A DNA stretch of 63,315 bases, filler included, from Squatina squatina (Eukaryota): NCBI GenBank assembly GCA_031763465.1. It is 3 parts of 3 records of this genome, joined end to end, with 100 filler letters (N's around TTAATTAATTAA, not from the genome) between each part and the next. Parts side by side here need not be neighbours in the genome. Positions count along the whole stretch, not along the records: positions 1 to 24,934 come from JARFOE010000233.1; 2 more parts are not named here. One strand, written 5' to 3'. The notes beneath the pieces were generated by a model. The model did not search any database. It had not been told where the DNA came from and was given only the letters and a program-made list of their open reading frames with translations. Positions 11,956 through 24,127 of the stretch are shown here, piece after piece. A program made the translations under genes and the position numbers. Position 1 is the first letter of the stretch, and the number at the start of each line of letters is the position of its first letter.

Positions 11956-12720
11956 AAGTTCTTCCTGCTACAAAGGGCATTTCAAAGTTGTGCATCTTCA
12001 ACACACGTGTTTTTCTTTAATGAAAATCAGTGCAGCTTACAAATATCTTATTTTTTATGAGTTGCTAATAGATAGTGTATTGTGATGGAACTGAAACATT
12101 TGCACATCAATCACTTTGGATAATTGACACTTATTAAAAGGATCAATGGAAAATGTTCTTGCTTCCATTTTTAGATTGAATAGCGTTTAAAAGTTTGATT
12201 GTGGTGTAAAATATTGTTTTGGTGAAGATTTTTAAAATATTTGTTCTCCCGATGTGCCGATACTGGCAAGGCCACGTTTATTACCCGCCCCTACTTTTCC
12301 TGAAGGCATTGTTTTTACAACTGAGCTAATAAGAATAAAAGCGAATGGGCCATCGAGCATTGACCTAGGCACCGAATNNNNNNNNNNNNNNNNNNNNNNN
12401 NNNNNNNNNNNNNNNNNNNNNNNNNNNNNNNNNNNNNNNNNNNNNNNNNNNNNNNNNNNNNNNNNNNNNNNNNNNNNTACACAAAAGCAATTTAAAAGCC
12501 ATGGTTTTCATTCTGTTTAATTACTGCAGTTTCAAATCTCAATTGGCTACTCTCACTACGCCACTATTTGACAATAAACACAATGTCCGTCAGATCTTCT
12601 AACACACGGGGAAAAATGTTGGTGAAAATCTGACACTCAGGATTTTAATTTTAAAAAAAATATCGCAATTTCAAATCATACCTGAGCAAATTAAAACTAC
12701 ACTTAAATGATTAAGATTAC

Positions 12721-12804
12721 CTGCGTGATGCCAGTGAGTTTGGTACAAAATTCTGTAAGCTTGGGCTTCAGTTCTGGTTTAACATATTCCTGGAATGTAT
12801 CCTC
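12721..12804 (-). CDS. ERI1: 3'-5' exoribonuclease 1, internal DEDDh-domain exon
   Basis: AG|EDTFQEYVKPELKPKLTEFCTKLTGITQ|GT, an 84-nt phase-0 exon. Closest to the recalled ERI1 EDTFQQYVRPE...LTGITQ and lies between MFHAS1 and PPP1R3B. Not present in the ORF track. Confidence 0.85.
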
Positions 12805-13089
12805 CTTGAAAACAGCACAGAAAGTTATTTTTCGTTAGTACTTTTCCCAGATCTATGGCCCTGGGAAATCGTTCCTCCCACAGCCTGACCGTTATAAAAA
12901 AAAAGTTTGTATTTATATAGCACCTTTCGCATCCTTAGGACGTCCCAAAACACTTCACAACTGCTAAGTTCTTTTTTGTTGTGACGCTGNNNNNNNNNNN
13001 NNNNNNNNNNNNNNNNNNNNNNNNNNNNNNNNNNNNNNNNNNNNNNNNNNNNNNNNNNNNNNNNNNNNNNNNNNNNNNNNNNNNNNNNN

Positions 13090-13872
13090 GCCTGTCTTAG
13101 TGCTTCTACGAAGTGCTACCCCAGTGGCTGCTGCATGGCTGGTGGAAGGCTGCTGAATTTCAGTGGGGGAGACTGCAGGTGGCCTTACAGGATGACCTCG
13201 AGCATCTCTGGGCCCAGAAGGCCCAGATTTAGACTGCACCACCTCGGCTTGGCGGCAGCAGTCTGGGCTGGCTGACTGACAGGCAACAACAAGGGCACTG
13301 GCGGAGTAGCAGTGGTGAGAGGACGAATGCTGTCACCCTGAGAGAGGACAGCAGGGTCGTGCTCCACGGAGCAACTAACACTCACCCCGGGGCGGTGCCT
13401 CAGCAATCCGAGTAATCTGTTAGTGGACAGATTGTTGGACTGCTGCGACACCCTGCAAGCCCCTTTCCACACTGGTAAAAGCAGTCACGATAGCAGCAGT
13501 CTGAGCTTGCATGTCAGCAACCTGAGCTTGTATGGCAAAAGTCTAAGCTTCCATTGCAGCACTCAGACATTGGGTTGCTTCTGCTTGTGCTGCAGTGGAA
13601 GCTGAGACATTGGCCATCAGACACTGCGTCATGGTTGGTTCCACATGTGCGCTAATGGAGTTGCCTATAACTTTCAGCTGGAAAACATGGGCTCCAAGCT
13701 CTGCGCAAAGTCCTGTGCAAGATTGGTGCCGGACTCCTCCATGCTCCTTGACATTGCACTCAGGCTTTTTGGCAGGCCTGCCAATGCACCAAGCATTTCA
13801 TTGTGCATACCTATCAGTGTTCTTTTGTAGGCTGCCACATCGATGTCCTCACCTGAGTCCTCTGCAGCAGAA
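13090..13872 (-). mobile_element. Harbinger element fragment: 3' exon of the Myb/SANT accessory gene
   Basis: Nucleotide and protein similarity to 35540-36370 (MLGALAGLPKSLSAMSRSMEES vs MLGAMAGMPESLLSLSRRMEES; WKGACRVSQQS in both). Confidence 0.8.
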
Positions 13873-13879
13873 AATAGAA

Positions 13880-13983
13880 GATCATCGAGAAACCAAAAGT
13901 ATAATAATGAATAGTCAGCATGGATTTCAAAAGGTCTTGTTTGACCAACCACATTGAATTTTTTGAAGAGATAACAGAGAGTA
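13880..13983 (+). mobile_element. CR1 LINE RT fragment
   Basis: SQHGFQK..SCLTNHIEFFEEIT, the start of the RT domain. Confidence 0.7.
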
Positions 13984-14261
13984 NNNNNNNNNNNNNNNNN
14001 NNNNNNNNNNNNNNNNNNNNNNNNNNNNNNNNNNNNNNNNNNNNNNNNNNNNNNNNNNNNNNNNNNNNNNNNNNNNNNNNNNNCCGACAAACCAGATTTA
14101 ATAAATGTTAAAAACAAGATTCTGAGGTGTTGACAAAGTCCAAGTTGATGCTCGCAACCAGCAGTTACTTTGCTATACCCATGGCTTACTATAAACCAGC
14201 AGATATACATTGAAAGACAAATTTAAAACTATCTAGAGCAATGTTGCCCAAGCATTCCTGC

Positions 14262-15159
14262 TCAATAGTAAGGCCCCATCTTGTCGTAACCAGCGTAGCT
14301 GGGCCATTCAGGGAACACATTATAGGAGCACCGGAGTCCACCATAATGGTCAAACTCAATCCCATATTCCGGCATGCGGTCAGATTCAGTCAATAAACCA
14401 TTCAGTGACTGATTTGTTTTGCTAGTCTCCAGAGTGTGTTTCAGCTCCGATCGGATTAACCTGTAGTTCTGCCCTTTGTTACTATCCCAATAGGTCTTCC
14501 CACCACTTTCATAACAGATGGCAAACTCTATCCTTTCGTGTGGGACAATATATTTCGGCAAACGGATTTCAAATGCAAAAGTGTCTCTGTCCGAACCACC
14601 GTAAGGGTCATGGACATAGCGGCAGTCATGGTCTTGAAAATTTTTCCAAGTGTCAAACGTTATCCTCACTTTCAAGGACTTCTCAAACACAATGTTTTTC
14701 ACCTTGACAGACCCTATAATGGTATTCTCCTGTAACATGCAGCTTTCAAGGCAGACTGAGTCAGTTTCCAGACGATTCTTGAAACCTAGGTAATCTGACG
14801 AAGGCTGTGCAAAATCTAAGAGCAGGCTGTCATTGTCTGTGGTCTTCAGGCCTACCAAACTACTTATCAGCTCATCAACGTTGAAGGAGAAATCTAGGTC
14901 GTGCAAATCAAAGATCTTAACTGCAGCCAAGGGCAAGCCCTTACTGTCTGCAAAGGAAACATGTTTCTGCTCCTTGGTTTTGTGCTTATTTTCTGGTGTA
15001 TCATCACTGATGTGAAGGTGAATACATGGTCGTAGTGGTTGGGTTACTTTCAACGATCTCTTTCTGGTGTAGCTCACTTGTTTGAAGGGAGGAGGAAGAT
15101 ATAGCTGCATAGCTATGTCAATTGGCATTGTAGATCTAGGAGACAAGACCTCAAGCATA
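14262..15159 (-). CDS. PPP1R3B: Protein phosphatase 1 glycogen-targeting subunit GL, main coding exon
   Basis: PP1-docking KHVSFAD, CBM21 motifs VKNIVFEK..VRITFDTW and YWDSNKGQNY, C-terminus EWPSYAGYDKMGPYY (3B type). Acceptor TTTAG| at 15161-15160, stop at 14264-14262. ORF-track residues upstream of 15159 are intronic. Confidence 0.92.
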
Positions 15160-15329
15160 CTAAAGGGAAACAAAAAAAAAGTTAGTTGTTGCACCTGAGC
15201 CTTGAGAGAAGCAGTCGAATTTCTCCTAAACATTTGCAAGATAAGGAGACAGAAGCACAGCCATCTTTCACTAATACAATGATTTACTGCTAATCCTTTC
15301 TTTCCACAACATTTAATATATTTATCTAG

Positions 15330-15840
15330 CACCTTTAATAGAGGAAAAAGGTCCCACAGCGCTTTACAGAGGGGAAAAAAATGACACCACGGTNNNNNNN
15401 NNNGTGATCAAAAGCATGATAGAAAGCGTGAGTTTTAGGAAGGCTTTTAAAGACAGAGGAGACGTGGCGAGTCAAAGGGGTTTAGGGAAGGAGTTCGAGA
15501 CCAGGGAGAGGGTGGTCGAAGGCTCTTCTAACAATGGTGGAATGAAGGGGGAGAAGAAAAAGATATGCAGAAGATCAGAGTTGGAGGACCAAAAGGAGGT
15601 TACAGATGTGGGGTGGAGGGATTTGAAGAGAGCAAGGATTTGGGGGACGAGGAGCCAGTGTAAATCAGTGAGGCTCAGTTGATGGGAAAGCAGAGCTTAG
15701 TCTAGGACAGGATGGGGGCGACCGAGTTGGAGTTTATAGGGGGACGCAGGAGGTTTGAAAGATGCAGAGCTGGCAAGAGTATTGGGGAGGATGAAACAGT
15801 TTAGAGGCAAGGATATGGTTTTCAGCGGCAGTGGGTAATA
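15330..15840 (-). mobile_element. Decayed L2-type LINE 3' region
   Basis: L2-like tail remnant (tttatctagcacctttaa) followed by purine-rich sequence typical of antisense L2. Confidence 0.45.
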
Positions 15841-16146
15841 AATTTAAAATGGTTTGACTTTGCAAGCCTACATAACTAGTCACCACAACCTGCATTCAAT
15901 TTAATAGACGTGGTGCGAGACAACTTTGAGGTGATAATCTCACCCTGTTTACAGATACTACAATTAAATAAGCACAACCAGTGTGTGGCACCTACACTCT
16001 AATAACAGCACATCACAATGCACAGTAAACAAGAAATGCCGCGTACNNNNNNNNNNNNNNNNNNNNNNNNNNNNNNNNNNNNNNNNNNNNNNNNNNNNNN
16101 NNNNNNNNNNNNNNNNNNNNNNNNNNNNNNNNNNNNNNNNNNNNNN

Positions 16147-16456
16147 CCACTCCCCTGCCCTTTCCCCACAGCCCTGCAATTTATTTTCCTTCAGGTACTT
16201 ATCCAATTTTCTTTTGAAAGCCACAACTGAATCTGCCTCCGCCACCCTTTCAGGCAGTGCATTCCAGATCCTAAACACTCACTGCGTAAAAAGGTTTTTC
16301 CTCATGTCGCCTTTGGTTCTTCTGCCAATCATCTTAAATCTGTGTGCTCTGGCTCTCAACCCTTCTGCCAATGGGAACAGTTTCTCTCTATCTACTCTGT
16401 CTCGACCCCTCATGATTTTGAACACCTTTATCAAATCTCCTCTCAACATTCTCTGA
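16147..16456 (-). mobile_element. CR1-clade LINE 3' region
   Basis: LRGDLIKVFKIMRG.DRVDREKLFP and WNALPERVAEADSVVAFKRKLDKYL. Confidence 0.85.
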
Positions 16457-16489
16457 TCTAAGGCTCTCTTGAGTCTCACTGAGACTCTC

Positions 16490-17433
16490 TTATACACAGA
16501 GAAACTCTTTCATCTCCTTTCCTCTTGCCAGAGACAAACAATTGGTGTGGCCATGAGATTTTGCATGGATTGCAGGCTTCTCCATAGTGGAGGAAGCCAT
16601 TGACTTCACGTACTTTGCCTTGCATGAATCTCATGTCAACTCGCCCATTTTCACGAACTGAAAGGAATTCCAGTCTCTCAATATGAAGCTGGTATACAAG
16701 CACAAGTAGTGCATCATGCAGGTGAATGCCCATAATCATGGCAGGAGTCACGATTCTGCAGCAATCCTCTATTGCACCTGTATTTGAGCCACCACAACAA
16801 ATCAAAGGGTGACTACTGGCTGACAAGTCCTCCCCAATCTTGACATGGCTCATGACACTGGTCCGGAACCCACGCACACGTGCAGGGCACACCTACAATA
16901 AGAGTCATGCTGCCACAAGGAACATTTTAGAGCACACCATCGGTGTCTTTAAGCAATAGTTCCGATGCCTGGACCGCTCTGGAGTAGCACCGCAGTACTC
17001 AGCTGAGCGGGTATCAAGATTTGTGGTAGTATGCTGCATGCTGCACAACCTAGCCATTATGAGGGAACAGTTCTTGCCACTGCCTATCAGGTGAGAAGCT
17101 GAGGAATAGCAGTATGAGGAAGAGGCGGAAGAGGAGGAGGAAGAAGAAATGCAACAGGAAGTGGAGGAACAGGAAGACAAAGGGAGGCTATAACATAGAC
17201 AGCCCCTTTATGCCCGGGCTCTATGAGATCATATTATTCATGAGTGCTATTAGCCTCAACCACAACTACCCATTCGCCAACTGCCTCACACTCCTTACCT
17301 TTCCTTTATCATTGGCCATCACATTATCCTATTTCCGAAAACACAAAAATAAAATCCACCAGAAAATGCCATTGCAATCCAATTTTATAAATTCACTCAT
17401 TACATAATACACATAAAAATAAACTACTTACCC
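16490..17433 (+). mobile_element. Decayed Harbinger transposase (catalytic half), acidic tail and 3'UTR
   Basis: IAGF..V.EAID.T, N*KEFQSLN, G.LLADK, YNKSHAATRNILEHTIGVFKQ*FRCLDRSG, CCMLHNLAI, Glu-rich tail; AATAAA near 17348. Many disablements. Confidence 0.8.
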
Positions 17434-17533
17434 NNNNNNNNNNNNNNNNNNNNNNNNNNNNNNNNNNNNNNNNNNNNNNNNNNNNNNNNNNNNNNNNNNN
17501 NNNNNNNNNNNNNNNNNNNNNNNNNNNNNNNNN

Positions 17534-18098
17534 AGAGAACCCGGGGGGGTGAATGAAGACAAATCTTTGAACGTGGCAGGATACTTTAAGAAGTCTGTAA
17601 ACAAAGCATATAATATCCTTGGCTTTAGTAATAGAGGAATAGAGTACAAAAACAAGGCTTACCCTTCACAAAACACTTGTTGCATCTCAGCTGAAGTATG
17701 TTGTTCAATTCTGGACAGCACACCATAGGAAGGATGTCAAGGCCTTGGAGAGAATGCAGAAGAGGTTTACTCGAATGGGGCCAGGGATGAGGGACTTCAG
17801 TTATGTAGAGAAGCTGGAGAAGCTGAGGTTGTTTTCCTTGGAGCAGAGAAAGCTAAGATGAGATTTGATGGAGATGTTCAGAATCATGAAGGGTTTTGAT
17901 AGAGTAAATAAAGAGAAACTGTTTCCAATAGCAGAAGCGTCGGTTACCAGAGGACACAGATTTAAGGAGATTGGTAAAGAACCAAAGGCAACATGAGGAA
18001 ACATTTTTTTAAACAGCGCAGTGTTGCAATCTGAATGCACTGTATGACAGAGAGGTGGAAGCAGATGCGACAGTAACATTTGGATAAATAATTGAAGT
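17534..18098 (+). mobile_element. Decayed CR1-clade LINE 3' ORF2
   Basis: LERMQKRFTRM.PGMRDFSYVEKLEKLRLFSLEQRKLR*DLMEMFRIMKGFDRV. Confidence 0.85.
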
Positions 18099-18198
18099 NN
18101 NNNNNNNNNNNNNNNNNNNNNNNNNNNNNNNNNNNNNNNNNNNNNNNNNNNNNNNNNNNNNNNNNNNNNNNNNNNNNNNNNNNNNNNNNNNNNNNNNN

Positions 18199-18535
18199 AA
18201 TTCCCCAGTTGCCTTGGTGGGATTTGAACTCCCGTCTCTAGATTATTAGTACAAGTATCTGGATTACTACTTCAGTAACATAAACACTACGCTACCGTTC
18301 CCATTTTGAAGAGAGTTGTGCTGACTAACATTCGTGTTTCAATCAACACTACCAAAAACAGACTATCTGGTCCTCTATCTCATTGGAGTTTGTGGGACCT
18401 TGCTATGCGCAATCTGGCTGCTGTGTTTGTCTCCATAGCAACAGTGACAACAGTTCAAAAGTAATCCATTGGCTGTGAAGCATTTTGGGATGTCCTGAGG
18501 AGAGAAATGCTGTTACATAAATGCAAATCTTTCCA
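18199..18535. mobile_element. Two SINE fragments (minus-strand tRNA head; plus-strand Deu-SINE 3' part)
   Basis: 18199-18300 is the reverse complement of the SINE head at 23420; 18305-18535 resembles 11340-11596. Confidence 0.6.
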
Positions 18536-19179
18536 CTCTCGTTGCTTGCAATTTGCATTCCCCAGCGCTGTCCGCGATATGAATGGGAAGATCAGTTGGA
18601 AAATACACAAGGGGTTATCTGATGCCTCTGGTACCTGTAACCTAATGACAACTTATTCAAATATAAGCCAATTGTTACTGTAGCAATTCCTAATCCTTCA
18701 ATTTTAATTAGCCCTAATGGGGTATTTCCACAAGGTGAGGCACTTGGCATGAAAACATGGGAGGTATCAAAGTGCTTCCTGTCTTTACAAAGACCCAGAC
18801 TGAAATAACATTCCGATAGAATTAAATTCATTATTGTTCCAAGAGGTTATTTGATGCCAGTGGGAAGTCACAGGATAGGGGATGCATCACACTTGTAATT
18901 CAAGCCTACATTATGCACAAGGATCTGTGGCTCGCTCATGAGCTAGATTCCCTATTAAGCTATCCACTGAGTATCCTCTGCGTGACTCACTCCCAACCAA
19001 CTGTTCTGTGTTTATAGTTAATACGATCGAACGATTTTATCCTCAACATTTTATTTAGCACAAGGGAGTGCGACGAATTGGATCGCTCGTTCAAAGAGCT
19101 GGCATGGGGACGATGGGCCGAATGGCCTCTTTCTGTGCGGTATGATTCTATGGCAGGAGTGGAACTCATGAGTAGTGTG

Positions 19180-19400
19180 CGCTTCCCCGCGTTGCGCGAC
19201 ATGGTTTATCCTCGCCGCCTCCCAGCTCCGATTGGGGAATTCTTGCCTCACGTCCAGCACAACCCCGGGAGCGCCGCCACGGCCCAGCACTCCGTACGTG
19301 CGCACTCCCGCCCGGGACCGGCGTTCCAGACGTGCGCACTCCCGCCCGTTCTCAGTGACGTCAGCCGGCGTTGCTGCAGTGACGGTGGAAGATGGCGGCG
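19180..19400 (+). promoter_or_regulatory. TNKS CpG-island promoter
   Basis: CpG-rich. Perfect CRE TGACGTCA at 19356-19363; duplicated 19-mer containing TGCGCA and a GC box; YY1-like AAGATGGCGG overlapping the start codon. Confidence 0.7.
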
Positions 19401-19447
19401 CGGCGGAGTCAGCTTTCTCCCAGCACCTTGGACCCGGGCTCGACCAC
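19392..19447 (+). CDS. TNKS: Tankyrase-1 exon 1 (start only)
   Basis: AAGATGG Kozak context; MAARRSQLSPSTLDPG resembles human MAASRRSQ; truncated by a gap. Confidence 0.7.
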
Positions 19448-20702
19448 NNNNNNNNNNNNNNNNNNNNNNNNNNNNNNNNNNNNNNNNNNNNNNNNNNNNN
19501 NNNNNNNNNNNNNNNNNNNNNNNNNNNNNNNNNNNNNNNNNNNNNNNAGGTGCTGCAACATGACCTAAAGGCAGAAGTTGAAATCATTACTGCTGTTTAC
19601 TTGGAGCCATTTGCGAAAGGAAGTTGAGCGAGTTTAACCAAGCTGAGGTGAAGCAGCAGTATAAGATGAGAAACTAAGGAGAGAAATTGCTTGAGTGGTG
19701 TTTTTTGTCAGAAGGAAATTATTCCTACGATAAACGTATTTTCTTTGCCACTTTTATGAACCTGCTTGTTTCCTTCCCCATATGTGTTCCACAAGTACAC
19801 ATTTCCTGAGTTCATTCTAAATCAGATTTCCTCCTTGAGAGGGTGCTTTTTTTCTTGATCCATTGACAGTAAACCCGTACAGTTTTGAGTCTTTTCCCAA
19901 GATTTGAGAACGTGTGGACTAAGGTTTTTTGTTGCTCCATTTTACAATTTGCAGTGATTGTGCCCCTTACAAAATGCTGCTGTGGGGCTGTTTGCATTGT
20001 TTATCTTAGTTTGTGATCTGTGCCTAAAGTAGAAGTTAACTATTTTGATATGATAGATTTATGTCTAGAATGTTCAGTAAAGAGGGTGGGGGGGTGGGGT
20101 GGTGCAGAGAAGCAATTAACTTATGATCCCTGCTGCTTTTTTTTATCTGCTACCTTATATTTGGACTGCTTTTTTTGATGACCGTAACCTCTATGTAAGG
20201 GAATTTTTGTGAACCTTGCTTCTTTTTAATTCAAATATGCTGCATTATGTGTAGGTCACATTGCTGTCCAGTTTTGTTCTGTAATATCCTACAAAAATTT
20301 ATGTGAAGTGTCAGGAAAATGTAGTGCAAAATATCCTTATTTCTCAAACTTCAAATTAACCCTCAGACTTGAAACCTTACTCTGTTTTTGATGGGGAAAA
20401 TGCGGCAATTTTTCTACCAGGTTCCAAACAGGTCAGGATTGCAATCTAGGTTTGTTATATGTAAACACTTTGCTTTTATACTTTAATTGTATTTTTTATA
20501 ATCGGCACAAAATGGATGAGTGGTGTTCTTGCGTTGAAAATAATATAGCTGATGTTTCCAGTGCGTACTCAGTTATCTAAGGGTTAAACACTGTAGCTTT
20601 GATAACTGAATTCTTTTTGGCTCGATATTCCTGAAATATTTGGCGGTTGCATAATTAAAGTTTATGGGTGATTCAGCCATTGAATTTTACTTCTTGTTGC
20701 AG

Positions 20703-20927
20703 GATTTGGCAGGAAGGATGTTGTAGAACACCTCTTACAAAATGGTGCAAATGTTCATGCACGTGATGACGGCGGTCTGATCCCACTACACAACGCCTGC
20801 TCGTTTGGGCACGCAGAAGTGGTCAGTTTGCTGCTGTGTCACGGAGCAGATTCAAATGCTCGAGACAACTGGAATTACACTCCCTTGCATGAGGCAGCAA
20901 TCAAAGGAAAGATTGATGTCTGCATTG
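20703..20927 (+). CDS. TNKS: Tankyrase-1 exon 2 (ankyrin repeats)
   Basis: AG|(G)[74 protein letters not shown]|GTAAG, 225 nt. Residues EHLL, NVHAR and VSLLLC are TNKS1-type. Confidence 0.95.
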
Positions 20928-21727
20928 GTAAGTAATTTACAATGTTTGGAAAATTATCAATAATGAACAGTGACTTGAGACAGAAACGTTCCTATTAAGA
21001 TGTTTTAAAAGTGACACAATGGCAGGAAGGTGTAAAGAATTTGATCAACATTCCAAAGGTAGGTTTGGAAAGGAAATGGAAGCCCCATAGATGGAATACT
21101 TTCCGTACAAAATACACTCGTCATTTTGGAAAGCCAGCAAAAGCTGCCCAAAAGCTTAAAATGCTAATAATCAATGCTGGTTATAGGCATAAGACATGTA
21201 AAAACAGGCACTTACTTGGCATAAATTAAGCTGCTAGCATACACAACATTTTTAACTTGTATTGCAGAGGAAAAAAATGAAAGCATGTTTGTTGCAGTGT
21301 CTGAGAAATCTCTGAAGGAGGATATAAGCACTGAAGACACAGGGTTTATTTTCTAAGTCGGCGGGAGGGGAGGAATGCTCACCAGGAAATTTAGATTTTT
21401 GATGCCTTTCCTTCATTTTGGAGTCCTCTAAGTCTACCTTTAAAGTCAGANNNNNNNNNNNNNNNNNNNNNNNNNNNNNNNNNNNNNNNNNNNNNNNNNN
21501 NNNNNNNNNNNNNNNNNNNNNNNNNNNNNNNNNNNNNNNNNNNNNNNNNNTGTGTAGTGATTGGTTGCTTGAAGGGCTTCGCATGATTTGTAACCAGTCT
21601 CCAAGGAAATAGTGATGCTTCCTTCAGCTCTTGGCGTCATTGCTTCACTACCCAGTAGGGTGTGGACTTTGAGTATTTTTTTTCTGTTTATAGCGCTAAC
21701 ATTATGATTTTTTTTGTAATCATGCAG

Positions 21728-21764
21728 GTGAATACAAGAAGGATGAACTTCTTGAAGCAGCAAG
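21728..21764 (+). CDS. TNKS: Tankyrase-1 exon 4
   Basis: CAG|(G)EYKKDELLEAA(R)|GTAAG, 37 nt. Confidence 0.9.
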
Positions 21765-23419
21765 GTAAGTGGTATCTGCACAATATGCCAGTAAAGACTT
21801 TGTTTCACTGGTAAAATGTATTGGATAAAATGTGATGTTTTTTAGGCTGCTGGAGGAACTGTTTTCCCATCCCTGAGTTTTTAAACATCTAAATAAAATA
21901 TGTAATGTTTACGTCAGCTACATGTTTTCTGTGAGGGGTCATATGAACTGAAGTGTTTACATCCCTTTCTATTTACTAAATTCACATCTTGTGTTTTTAA
22001 TAGAACAGCGGAGGCTTAATTTAGAGCCGTTTCCTTTGAGATGCATTTCTGTAAATATTTTTTTTTCTCCCAGTTCTCTTCTCCCTTCTGAAGGGTTTGG
22101 CTCTTTGTACAGTTCCACAGGTGCTGATTGCCTGCTAGCAGCTCTCCCATATATTAAGTCCTGACAGTGAGTATTAGCAGGCTGTTCAGCTGGAGGGGGT
22201 AACACCGCAGGCAATTCTCACTCATTTTCCACATGTATTATAATTCGATTGCAATTAGATGTCGGTCCCCTGGCTTGCTTTATTTCCTTCATAAACGCGG
22301 TACTGAGCCAATTATTACTTGGAGTCACAAAGCAAGCTTTCTCCAAATGCAGCTCATCACCTGGATAAGATTATCCTATTTCTGATCTCTCTGGGTGAGA
22401 TGACTTTTTAGTAGTTTACTGTATTGCATCAATTGAATGGGGTCAGAACTGTGGAAGGTAGTTCATCATTGCACAAGTGGGCATTTGATTCATCTTGGTA
22501 GCAAATAAAGTTTGAGCTGTTCAATCTGTAAGAATAGACTACTATTCTAAACTTGCATACATTTTTAGTTGCGAGTTCATTCTTTTAGTGGCATCCTCCT
22601 TGTACAAGGGGGCACTTGTCAGAAATTAACGATTATTTTGTGACAAATGCCACTTTCATGTTTCAAACAATATAGAGCAACAGCAATGAGCTGCCCAAAG
22701 TCATCAGATGTGACTGAGGAGGTACCAACAAGTTGTGCTCAAATTGACCTGTGTTGTCTCCAGTTCCAACCTCTTTTTCCACCCTCTTATCTAATCTTTA
22801 ACACAGGAGCAGAATGAGGGGTGCTACCCAAGACATTGAGGAGACAGCCAACATTTCTGAAGTAGTTGAGGCTTTTTATCTTTTTTTTAATAGCTGAGGT
22901 GGGCAGCTCTGCAGTTGTGCAGTGCAGTGTTGATTGACTGACTAATGGAACTAAGTGGGGTAGACATGACAACGGGAAGTATGATCATTCCCACTCGGCT
23001 CTAGATTTAAAAAAATTCTAATGTATATACTCCTATCTGGAGAAGCAGCAGGAAGCTTACCAGTGATCTACTCATGTAAACTGCATAGATTTAGCTGGTT
23101 AAACTCCAGCAGTACATGTACACACACTTGGGGCCCTCAGCCTTGGCTTTGCAAGCTGTGCCTAAGCTTGCTGGACTTATCACTATGGGAAGTGTGAGTT
23201 CCCTCCATAATGGATAAGCAGAAACCCTATAGTTGGATATAGATTTTTCAGTATCTTGGGTTGGAGATTGTTAAACATAGTGATGGTTTTCTGTGTGTGT
23301 CAACCACTTGAGCTTCAGTAAGTTCTTTTTACAGACATTCTTCATTTTGGTTTGAACAGGAGGAATGAATAAATTTGCCTTCTCATCTAGAAGATGAGGA
23401 ATAGGATAATATTCACAGG

Positions 23420-23735
23420 TATATTAGCATAGTGGTTAAGTTACTGGTTTAGTAATCTAGAGGCCTGGGTTAATGATCCAGAGACTTGAGTTCAAATACC
23501 ACCATGGCAGATGGGGAATTTAAATTCAGTTCATTAAATAAACCTGGAATTAGTGACGATGAAATGACCAATATTCATAAAAACCCAACTGGTTCAATAC
23601 TCGCCTTTTAGGGGAGGAAACCTGTCCTTACCCGGTCTGGCCTATATATGACTCTAGACCCACAGCAGTGCGGTTGACTCTTCACTGCCCTCTGAGATGG
23701 CCTAGCAATCCACTCAGTTGTATCAAACTGCTACG
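23420..23735 (+). mobile_element. tRNA-derived SINE (second family)
   Basis: A-box TAGCATAGTGG and B-box GAGTTCAAAT; an antisense copy of the head lies at 18199-18300. Confidence 0.65.
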
Positions 23736-24127
23736 NNNNNNNNNNNNNNNNNNNNNNNNNNNNNNNNNNNNNNNNNNNNNNNNNNNNNNNNNNNNNNNNN
23801 NNNNNNNNNNNNNNNNNNNNNNNNNNNNNNNNNNNTGTATGACTTTCAACATAGGATTTCCCATTTTCGTAGTGTAAATATCCAGTATCTGTGCGTGTTG
23901 ACTATAAATCTGCACTGGAAGGGAACTTCTGGACTGAAGTGTTGAAGACTGCTTGGCCCACAGGATTATATGCAATGGTTTTGTGAATGCAAACTATTAA
24001 AGCCCATTGGGAGCTATTTCTAGAAGTAAAGATTATTTTAGGCTATTTAGGTTAGTAGTGTTCTTGGTGAAAAATTTAAGTTTTGTTTATGCTAATTATT
24101 TTCAAAATTGTTGGTTGTTGCTTCCAG

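Noticed and set aside
15160-15332. N-terminal extension of the 356-aa PPP1R3B ORF
   Set aside because: Lies upstream of a clear polypyrimidine/AG acceptor, so it is intronic.
16490-17200. Domesticated HARBI1 gene
   Set aside because: Multiple stops and frameshifts and several dispersed copies indicate transposon relics.
20928-24127. Apparent loss of TNKS exons 3 and 5 (and of most VA opsin, ERI1 and CFAP46 exons elsewhere)
   Set aside because: Unsized 100-N gaps fall where the exons are expected; this is missing data, not gene loss.
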